A stretch of DNA of 63,928 nt, the filler included, from Octopus bimaculoides (lineage: Eukaryota), in the NCBI RefSeq assembly GCF_001194135.2. It is 5 parts of 5 records of this genome, joined end to end, with 100 filler letters (N's around TTAATTAATTAA, not from the genome) between each part and the next. Parts side by side here need not be neighbours in the genome. Positions count along the whole stretch, not along the records: positions 31,813 to 54,254 come from NC_068983.1; positions 54,355 to 61,513 come from NC_069004.1; positions 61,614 to 63,928 come from NC_068995.1; 2 more parts are not named here. One strand, 5' to 3'. The notes below the pieces were generated by a model, which was given only the letters and a program-made list of their open reading frames with translations, searched no databases and was not told the origin of the DNA. The number at the start of each line of letters is the position of its first letter. Position 1 is the first letter of the stretch. A program made the position numbers and the translations under genes. Below, in pieces: positions 53,520 to 63,928 of the stretch.

Positions 53520-53945
53520 CCTCTTTCCCCTTGTACAGTGACACTATACAGGCACTGCACCAGTCCTTTGGTACTCTTCAAGCCATATAACAAACATTCA
53601 TGAGCCTCACTAACCATTCAATCTCTGTCATTCCTCCTTTCTTTAGGCATTCCACTGTACACCAATCTATACCTGACGCCTTCCGGTTTGCCATCTTCCG
53701 CAGGGATTCCCTCACCTCCTCTCTTCCAGTTGCACCGTAGTTCCATTCCCCAACAACAGACATTCTCCTCTCTCCTCTACAGCCACTATACTTGCCTCCC
53801 TAACATCCCCCCCATTTAACCGCTCACCAAAATACTCTGCCCATCTCCTTCGTACATCCTCACTTCCTTTCATCAAATTTCTATTTACATCCTTCACCCT
53901 TTCTTCCCTTCCTCCAATTACTTTTCTTACCCTTTGCACCTCTTT
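53520..53945 (-). mobile_element. RTE-type LINE fragment
   Basis: EDVRRRWAEYFGERLN, EVRESLRKMANRKASGID and RVPKDWCSACIVSLYKGK. Confidence 0.8.
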
Positions 53946-54419
53946 CTAACACATACATACTTACATACATACATAAAAATGAGACCATTTATGGCGAATT
54001 AATGCGGAACTTTCTATATTAGTCAATCAGCTGCTTGCTGTTCGGTTCTGTTGTTAATATAATTTTGCTCATTAAGCTGGCCTCCTTTATTCTCAAGGAC
54101 CCAATGTTTCGTTCAGTAGCTTCAATGGAAACTTCAATGTCTTGGGTATGGTGTTTTAACGGAAGAAGCATTGGCAGAGGTGTTTTTTAAAACTCATATG
54201 TGCACTTGTCCGATGGAACTTCTAATGTAAACTATGAATTCTCATTTGTACCTANNNNNNNNNNNNNNNNNNNNNNNNNNNNNNNNNNNNNNNNNNNNTT
54301 AATTAATTAANNNNNNNNNNNNNNNNNNNNNNNNNNNNNNNNNNNNNNNNNNNNATAGAGTTTCATACAAAGACTGCAAAGACTCACAGACAGACAATTG
54401 CAGACACGCATACATAGAT

Positions 54420-54892
54420 AATAATAGACAGGCGTATACAAACACACACGCATACACACACAAACACACACATACACAGACAGACAGACAGACAGACACG
54501 CACACGTACACCCGCATATACTCACGCATAAGCAGAAACACATACATACAATCACACACACGCGCACTGAAAGAGAGAGAGAGAGAGGAAGAAAGAGAGA
54601 TAGAGAGAGAAAGAAAGAGAGGGAGAGAGAGAGAAAGAAAGAGAGAGAGAGAGAAAAATTGATTGATAGATAGATAGAGAGAGAGAGAGAGAGGGGGAGA
54701 GAGAGAGGGAGAGAGAGAGGGAGAGAGAGAGAGAGTGAGAGACATACCTAGATTGTAAGGCTGAGTAGTATGCACCCACTCAAACATACACACTGAAAAG
54801 CAGACAAATAAACACACACACACACAGCCACACACAAATACATGCACATCTTCACACACACACGCGTACAGACACAGCGAGAGAAAGAGAGA

Positions 54893-54958
<66 letters not shown>

Positions 54959-55145
54959 TAGAGAGAGAGAGAGAGACGCAAACACATACATGGACTATGA
55001 CACAGGCAGACAGACAGCTATACACACGCACACATACAAACACAGAGAAACATAAACAGCCAGATACACATAGACACACACAAATGCATACACACCAAGA
55101 CAGATACAGACAGACACAGACACACACGTACGCACGCACATAGTA
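54420..55145. repeat. Mosaic (CA)/(GA)n low-complexity tract
   Basis: Direct reading. Confidence 0.9.
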
Positions 55146-55571
55146 AGAAAAACTAGACTTATATTTACTTATAGACACTCATATATATAGCCATATATAG
55201 TCATATATATATATATATATAAGTACATAGATGTACGCACAATTACATACACATTTAAATAGGCAGACACACACACAAACGCCAAACAATTAAAAACAGC
55301 AAGGCATAGAATAACATGCAAANNNNNNNNNNNNNNNNNNNNNNNNNNNNNNNNNNNNNNNNNNNNNNNNNNNNNNNNNNNNNNNNNNNNNNNNNNNNNN
55401 NNNNNNNNNNNNNNNNNNNNNNNNNNNNNNNNNNNNNNNNNNNNNNNNNNNNNNNNNNNNNNNNNNNNNNNNNNNNNNNNNNNNNNNNNNNNNNNNNNNN
55501 NNNNNCACACACAAACGCCAAACAATTAAAAACAGCAAGGCATAGAATAACATGCAAAGCATTCTGAGAAT

Positions 55572-56500
55572 ATTACATCTGATGATAAGGCTGCGAGAAG
55601 GAAGAAACGTTATTGCACCGGATAAAATGCTTAGTGGCGTTTCGTCCGTTTTATATTCTGAGTTGAATTTTCGAAGAGGTCGACTTTTGCCTTTCATGCT
55701 TTCGGGGTTGATGGAATAAGCAGTAGTGGAGCGCCGGGGGTGGGGGTCGATGAAATCGATCTATCCCTCCCCCGAAATACCTCACCTTGTGTCCAATCTG
55801 GAAAGCTGTATTACTTCTCATGAGGAGGTGGTGCGCTGGCAAAATCTTTAGTGCGCCGGACAAAGTGCTTAGCACCATTTCGTCCGTCTTTACGTTCTGA
55901 GTTCAAATTCCATCGAGATCGACATTGCCTTTTCATCTTTTTCGGGATCGATACAATAGGCAGCAGTCGAGTACTAGGGTCCATGAAATCGACCTATCCC
56001 TCCGCGCGAAATTCCTGAACCATGAGCCAAAAACCGATAAGCTATATTACATCTGATGATAAGCCTACGAGATGGAAGAAACATTATTGCGCCGGATAAA
56101 ATGCTTAGCGGTGTTTCGTCCGTTTTTTATGTTCTGAGTTCAAATTCCGTCGAGGTCGACATTGCCTTTTCATCTTTTTCGGGATCGATACAATAGACAG
56201 CAGTCGAGTACTAGGGTCCATGAAATCGACCTATCCCTCCCCCAGAAATTCCTGAACCATGAGCCAAAACCGGAAAGCTATATTACTTCTGATGATAAGG
56301 CCACGAGCTGGCAGAAACGTTACGGTACCGGGCGAAATGCTTAGCGGTGTTTCGTCTGTCTTTACGTTCTGAGTTCAAATTCCGCCGAAGTCGATTTTGC
56401 CTTTCATCTTTTCGGGGTCAATAAATTAAGTACCAGTTGCTTAATCGACTGGCTCCCTCCCCCCAAATTTCGGGCCTTGTGCCTAGAGTAGAAAAGAAAA
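55572..56500 (+). repeat. Head-to-tail array of four ~236-bp SINE family C units
   Basis: Units start at 55572, 55810, 56046 and 56282; shared core gttctgagttcaaattcc..gtcgac..gcctttcatc. Confidence 0.88.
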
Positions 56501-57433
56501 GAGAAGTCTGGACGGTTTCTCGCTGCAATTTGGCCGATATAAAAAAAATGCATACACTAATATATGTGCGACTGATAGGTTACATTTGCAATGATCCTTA
56601 AAACGGAATCACTCTCCCTCAGCTCAACCTTCCAACCTTAAGCCACCCACCTCGCCCCACCACTATCCCATTACACCTCGCACTTGCCGCCATCTTCATA
56701 ATCTCATGAAAGAATCCTTTAATGTCAAAGCTGTTTTGATGCATTGCAGTTGTGGTTCTTGTTAAGCCAGACACAAGCGCCGTCTATGATATGGTTGATG
56801 ACAATGTCAATGTGTAAAAAAAAAAAAGAAAAAAAAAATTGGCAATCCGTCAGTTACGATGATGACTTGCTCGTCAACTTAACGAGCATGTGATCAAGCA
56901 CCCGACAGACACACGTACCTTTAGCGTAGTTCTCATGGAGATTGACCGTGAAACAGAACGTCAAAAGGCTGGCCCCTTGAAGTATAAGTACGAACTCACT
57001 TGTTAGCTGAGTCGACTGGAGCAACATGAAATAAAGTACTGTGCTCAAGAACACAACGTGCCGCCGGGAATCGAACTCACCGACGTAAGGTCGGGAGCAG
57101 AATACCTTAACCACTAAGCCACGCACCTTCACCAATGTGTCATGTTGTTAGTCTCGGAGGCTTTACGTTGTGAGTTCTAATTCCTTCTGTGAGTTTTATC
57201 ATTTCAGGACTGAAGAAATAAATATTTATCTGGCATGAGGGTGTGCTTAGCAAGTACGTTACTAACTAGTTGGTTTAAAGTTCGAACCTACACTACAACG
57301 CTTTGGGCGAGTGGTTTCTGTTAGAGCCTGGAACATATCAACTTTCAATAACAGAATGGTAGCGGAGATAGTGGTAGAATGTTATTGAACGTTGATATGT
57401 TCGCGTCTTTTTTCTTGCGTCTACTATATCAGG

Positions 57434-57788
57434 GTGGAGGCGCAATGGTCCAGTGGTTAGGGCATCGGACTCGCGGTGATAGGATCGCGGTTTCGATTCC
57501 CAGACCGGGCGTTGTGAATGGGGACGGTGGCGAACCCTGCTGTACTCTTCCACCACAACTTTCTCTCACTCTTCTCTCACTCTTCTCTCCTGTTTCTGTT
57601 GTGCCTGTAATTCAAAGGGTCAGCCTTGTCACACTGTGTCACGCTGAATATCCCCGAGAACTACGTTAAGAGTACACGTGTCTGTGGAGTGCTCAGCCAC
57701 TTGCACGTTAATTTCACGAGCAGGCTGTTCCGTTGATCGGATCAACTGGAACCCTCGACGTCGTAAGCGATGGAGTGCCAACACACAC
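57434..57788 (+). mobile_element. SINE family A copy with internal deletion
   Basis: 11-bp TSD ACTATATCAGG at 57423-57433 and 57789-57799; (CA)n tail. Confidence 0.88.
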
Positions 57789-58170
57789 ACTATATCAGGA
57801 ATTTAACGCACACAGATATGCGCAGAATTGCACCTAAAGACTTACGTTCATCGTTCTACGCAGGATTGCACCTAACGATTCATGCTCTGGTTTCTGAAAC
57901 TTCGGAAAGTTGAACTATGAACCTTTATGCTTCTTTTTTCTCCTTTTTTCCCCATCACCTTATTCTTTTACTCCCCTCTTCTATGTCGTCATCTCATTAA
58001 TATATACCATTCTTATTTTCCCTATTTTTCCCTCTATATGTCTCTGATGACAGAATATCACATACTCGGGAGATATCCCAGAAACAACTGTAAGATCTTG
58101 AATTTCTTCCTATAATAATATTGTATATGACTTGAGATGTGCCATGCCTTAATGTTTGCTGTCCTGTTTA

Positions 58171-58363
58171 ACAAGGGATGTTGGATAAAAGAAACCGCAG
58201 AATGATCAGTTAATTATGATTTTATTCAACAAATTCACCTCCCTCAGATTATTGCAGCCATCCTTCAGTTTTTCTAAGCTCTGTAAAAGAACTCGGAAAG
58301 ACGGGCCTCTAACCATGCTTTTCGTGATGCCCCTAAAGCCAGGAAAGTTTTAACATCCCCTCG
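58171..58363 (-). mobile_element. Mariner-derived MITE (both TIRs plus transposase C-terminus)
   Basis: TA-flanked ends acaagggatgttgg and ttaacatcccctcg; internal KAWLEARLSEFFYRA and EGGEFVE*. Confidence 0.65.
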
Positions 58364-58959
58364 TATATANNNNNNNNNNNNNNNNNNNNNNNNNNNNNNN
58401 NNNNNNNNNNNNNNNNNNNNNNNNNNNNNNNNNNNNNNNNNNNNNNNNNNNNNNNNNNNNNNNNNNNNNNNNNNNNNNNNNNNNNNNNNNNNNNNNNNNN
58501 NNNNNNNNNNNNNNNNNNNNNNNNNNNNNNNNNNNNNNNNNNNNNNNNNNNNNNNNNNNNNNNNNNNNNNNNNNNNNNNNNNNNNNNNNNNNNNNNNNNN
58601 NNNNNNNNNNNNNNNNNNNNNNNNNNNNNNNNNNNNNNNNNNNNNNNNNNNNNNNNNNNNNNNNNNNNNNNNNNNNNNNNNNNNNNNNNNNNNNNNNNNN
58701 NNNNNNNNNNNNNNNNNNNNNNNNNNNNNNNNNNNNNNNNNNNNNNNNNNNNNNNNNNNNNNNNNNNNNNNNNNNNNNNNNNNNNNNNNNNNNNNNNNNN
58801 NNNNNNNNNNNNNNNNNNNNNNNNNNNNNNNNNNNNNNNNNNNNNNNNNNNNNNNNNNNNNNNNNNNNNNNNNNNNNNNNNNNNNNNNNNNNNNNNNNNN
58901 NNNNNNNNNNNNNNNNNNNNNNNNNNNNNNNNNNNNNNNNNNNNNNNNNNNNNNNNNNN

Positions 58960-59010
<51 letters not shown>

Positions 59011-59264
59011 CTACACACACACATGCAACCTGCGAGAAATGTAGCTTTATATGTATGTTATATAAACGGTAATAGCCGGTGCTTTTCGAACGAAGTCCTT
59101 TGATAAACCAATAATTGGCTATTGACTAATTTGTGGACCTATAATTAACGACGCTATTGTTCACTATTTGTTATACTATAACTATAGTGTAATATAGATT
59201 AATGTTAAAGAATACATATAGCGACTGTGTTGATGTAAGAAATTAATGACTACGGGTATTGATC

Positions 59265-59288
59265 AGTCTGCCTGCCCGCCTGCCCACC

Positions 59289-59339
<51 letters not shown>

Positions 59340-59408
59340 TTGTCTGTCTGTTTGTCTATTTCTCTCCCTCAGTCTCTCCCTCTCTCTGTCTATCTGCCTT
59401 TCGTCTCT

Positions 59409-59444
<36 letters not shown>

Positions 59445-59539
59445 TCCATACCGCCATATTTACGTTTCTTCGTCTATTTCTTAGCACACACGTTTTCTCC
59501 AAGAAAATGTGTGTGCCTAGGTATCTATGTGTGGTGTGT

Positions 59540-59594
<55 letters not shown>

Positions 59595-60215
59595 TGAGAG
59601 AGAAAGAGTGCGTGCATGTGTTTGTATATGTATGTGCGTACGCTTGTAATGGTTCGCATATGTGCACGTCTGTATCTATGTGTTTCTTTGTATGTGTGTG
59701 TGCATGCATCTTTGTGTGTGTGTGTGTGTGTGTATGTGTTCGTGCGCGTACAAGTGTGCGTGTATGTTTTTGTGTGTTCATGTGTGTGTGTGTGTGTGTG
59801 TGCGTATCTGTGTCTATGTATATGTGCGTACGTGTTAGTGCCTGTGTGTGTGAGTGTGTGTGCGAGTGTGCGCGTGAATGTGAGTGTGTTTGTGTGTACG
59901 TGAGAAAGTGTGTGTGTGTGTGTTTGTATGTGCGCCCATGAGTGTATGCGTGAGAACGTCTCTGTGTGAATCCGCGAGTGCGTGCGTGTATGTATGTGCG
60001 CGTGAGAGCATCTGTGTGTCCGTGTGTGTGAATATGTGTGTGTATGTGTATGTGTGCGTGAGAGCATCATGTGTCCGTGTGTGTGTATGTGTGTGTGTGT
60101 GTGCGTGAGAGTATCTGTGTGTCCATGTGTGTGGGTATGTGTGTGTGCGTGCATGTGTGCGTGAGAGCATCTGTGTGTATGTGTGTGTGTGTGCGTGCGT
60201 GCGTGCGTGTCAATG
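59265..60215. repeat. (TGTC)n, (CTAT)n and a long degenerate (GT)n tract
   Basis: Direct reading. Confidence 0.9.
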
Positions 60216-61758
60216 CATCGAGCGACTCCGTTGTGGGTTTCTCACCATTTTGATCGACACCAGCGAACGTCGGTCGGTCACGTGAGCAATAATTTCGACG
60301 GCATCTGGCGCCCCCCTCCCCGCCCGGTGCCCACTAACGCCACACGCTGGACAAAAGACGACGATTTAATTAGTTGCTGTCACACTCTCTTACAACCATT
60401 AACAACTGTTTATACTTCACTGTTTTTCCTTGTCCAAAAACACAGAACCGCCCCTTATTCTCTTTCTGAACATCAAGTCCTCTCCATTCTACGTTTCGTA
60501 CTTCGCTTTGATGGTTCATTACTCACACATTTATCTGGCGTTCACAGGCAAACACACCGCCTCCTAGCGATAGATTTCTGTCAGTATAAGCACGCAGTTT
60601 GCTAGTCAAGCTATCGATTACGTTCGTTTTATTGAAATTATATGTTTTAAAATATTTACATACGGCCTCGTTATTTGATCTTCTGTGTTCAGATTTAAAC
60701 TAAAGACATTATTCTGTGTTTCAGTGGCGAACACCAACTCATTACAAGCAACAATACAAAATGTACTGTACAATACCGTTTTATTGACTGTCCAAAATGA
60801 CTGACTACAATGATACATTGTGAATGTGTCCAACAGCGTTTCTATGTATTCAACTATTAGACGTTGTTTCACTTCTGTACACAAAGTCCAGTCCTGTTGT
60901 ACATTCCACAAAACGGTTTGCATAATGCTTAAATGGCTACATCGTGGATATATATATAATACAATTAATATGTGAGTATATGCATATATACATACATGTA
61001 TGTACATACCTACATCTACATGTATATATAGATGCATATCTGGGTACAGGACGTCACAAAAAAACGTGGAAAAATGAAAAACAGAATGTAAACAGAGCAC
61101 AGAAAACAAACAGGCCACATAGAGAATATTTCCTTCATCAGCTGCCCTTATTCTAAACTAAGCGTTTCGAAGAGTTAGGGCAATATACATATATCCACGA
61201 TGTAACCACTCTATGCTGAATTGTGGTACAGTATGGGCAGATTTTTGAAATCCAACGAACATTTATGCAGATATAACTTTTTAAAGGATAAACCTATTAT
61301 AATGGGTAATACTAAATGAACTTTTTCTCTTTCTTTTTCTTTTTCCCTTGTGATGTAATCTTGGGACTAACAATGTTTGCGGCTGAAGATAGCTTTAAAC
61401 CATCCTTTATATCAACAATATATACTGATGTAATGACAGATTGTGTATAAAGCTTGAAACACGTGTACCACGATATCCTTGGAGTTCTGTTTTCAATTTA
61501 CGTTTGATATATANNNNNNNNNNNNNNNNNNNNNNNNNNNNNNNNNNNNNNNNNNNNTTAATTAATTAANNNNNNNNNNNNNNNNNNNNNNNNNNNNNNN
61601 NNNNNNNNNNNNNTATATATATATACCAGGAGTTATATACGATTGCCTTTTGAAGTGTAACATTATAATATGTTTCTGAATGTGTATATATGTGTGTATA
61701 TATGTATGTGTGTGTATATCTATGTGTGTGTATATCTATGTATGTGTATGTTTGTGTG

Positions 61759-61791
<33 letters not shown>

Positions 61792-63758
61792 TTGAGTGAA
61801 TGTGTACGGTTGTGTATGCCACTGTGTACAAAATTTTAGCAGGATATAGAGAATATAGACAACAGATATATTTGCATTTGGTTAAAAAAATGCCAGAGCA
61901 AAAATTCAGATTTCATAAAAATAGGTATTTCGTTTTCCAATGTATACATATGTAAATACAATCATATATACATTTGAGTAAGTACGTATACACACGTCAT
62001 TTGATTAATGGTATATACGTTAGCTAACCCAGCGGTACGGCAAAGTGACCGATGTAATAAGTACTAGGCTTAAAAAAAGTATGTTCTGAAGTCAAGGTGG
62101 TACTCCAGCATGATCTCAGTCAAATTACTGAAACATGTAAAAAATAAAAGATAAAAGATGAAATATATATTTATAGGCGTGGCTGTATGGTAAGAAACTT
62201 GTTCTTTAAGCACATGGTTCCGGGTTCAGTGCCACTGCATGGTATATTGCGCAAGTGTCTTCTATTATAGCCTAAGGCCGACTAAAGCCTTGTGAGTGGA
62301 TTTGGTAGAAGGAAACTGAAAGAAACCTTTCGTATATTCGTATATATATGTATATATGTATGTGTGTGTCTTTGAGTCTGTCCCCTCCACACACACACAC
62401 ACACACTGACAACTAGTGTTAGAGCAAGAGAAATAATATTCTTGAGATTATAAATCTGGAAGAGTACAGGATTAGTTATTACACTTGGAAAAGTTCAGGA
62501 CAAATTATTACATCTGGTAAAGTACAGAACAAGAAAATTTTTACTTAAAATATTGCAGCTAAGGATAAAATTTCAAATAAAATATTTAGATTTAGAAAAT
62601 ATTAGCTTTTATTAAAACTAAAAATTTTATTACAAGTTATTATTTATATTTGTTATTATTTGTTATTCTATTGAAAATTAAAAATAATTCAAAATATTTT
62701 TTGCACTTAAAAAAATTTCATTTAAATTAATAATAAATAATTATAATTGCGACCTTTAAAATATTATTCAACTACGGTAGTGGTTGAATGATATAAATAG
62801 TTATGGTATATTCTATGTTATCCAATAGTAGAAATCATGCGTACTTCCAGGTTTGCGTTTGGGCATTTGTCGTGTGTGAATAGTTATTTGAAAAAATTTG
62901 GAATTATCGCCTGAGGAAACACAACTAGATCTCATAATGAAGAGAAACAGTTAAATAATCAAGTACCTGCACGCCTGGAGAACTACGTTGCATAGAAACA
63001 ATTGTAGTGAGTGAGAGAGAGATAGAGAGAGGGGTGGGGGAGAGATGGATTGACTGTTCCACAAGGGATCACCAATTTGGTGGGGAAGGAATTCGTTTAT
63101 GCCATCGAACCTGATAATTAAGCGTCTAACAATGTTTTCGATTCGAGGGCTTGAGAGGTCATGTTAACTTCGGCAGGATTCCAACGCAGAATTGAGAATC
63201 TAGAGTCCCTGAACAAACACCGCAAGGCATTTGTCCGAAGCTCCAATAATTACGACAATCCTAGCTATAAATCTAAAATCACTTTTAAAACAGGATTAGG
63301 ATTTACGTGCTAGATTCCATTTATGTAGAATTATCTACGCTGCCCAGAATGAACTTCTTTTTCCCCTATAGCTGGGGGTGATTCTTTTTCAATATTAAAG
63401 CCAGCTTCTGAGTTCCAAGTGTTACGATGCCAGTAAGCGTTCACAACAAGCGTCTTTGGTTTCACTAGGTTAGGACGTATTCCCAAAAATATGTAGTTGT
63501 GCTTCTATACACAAATATAGATGTCTACAGACACATATGCATATTACAAGATGTAAATACGTGTGCGTACATGTGTATTTGCGTATGTGCGTGTGTGTGT
63601 GTATGTGCGCACGCACGGGTGTGCATGTGTGTGTGTGTATGTGTGTGTGTTCCAACTTATATACTCGCATATATGTCTATGCATTATGTGCATGGAATGT
63701 TTGTATTTCGAAATATTTTCAACCTATAGAATTTGCTTGCATTTGTCATCCTGAATTT

Positions 63759-63798
<40 letters not shown>

Positions 63799-63888
63799 CA
63801 TACATATATATGTATTTATATAAAATATATACATGGATATATATATATATATATGTACATATATACATATATACACAAATACACTCAC

Positions 63889-63928
<40 letters not shown>

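Noticed and set aside
55255-55556. About 51-bp direct duplication either side of the 55323-55505 gap
   Set aside because: Most likely overlapping contig ends left unmerged
55579-55610. CTGATGA...GAAAC words at the start of array units 1, 3 and 4
   Set aside because: No stem II or stem I pairing, absent in unit 2; GAAAC belongs to the SINE A-box region and CTGATGA to the spacer
59246-60170. His/Thr-rich, Cys/Val-rich and Ser/Leu-rich ORFs (also 13254-14233, 54299-55178)
   Set aside because: Translations of (CA)n, (GT)n, (CT)n and (TATG)n tracts

Overview
AT-rich, microsatellite-dense animal genomic scaffold with many N gaps. The repeat families and composition point to a coleoid cephalopod, probably Octopus; this is inferred, not database-checked. 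One well-supported protein-coding gene is present: the last six coding exons (33083-42906, + strand) of an SLC7 L-type/b(0,+)-type amino-acid transporter, whose 5' half is not visible in the window. There is also an orphan first exon encoding a signal peptide (14536-14616, +) behind a TATA box. Most of the rest is transposon debris: several tRNA-derived SINE families; RTE, R4/Dong and Jockey/I-type LINE fragments; Tc1/mariner elements; a hAT element nested in a mariner; and MITEs. The most interesting signals are: (1) minimal type-I hammerhead-ribozyme folds, one at 101-160 and an inverted pair inside a TSD-flanked ~200-bp palindrome at 48335-48612; (2) a roughly 20-kb CpG-depleted domain covering and extending past the SLC7 gene; (3) a 4 x ~236-bp tandem SINE array; (4) a possible micro-inversion splitting a mariner. 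No CRISPR array, rRNA or convincing functional tRNA was seen. Most long ORFs in the supplied track are artefacts of N gaps or microsatellites.
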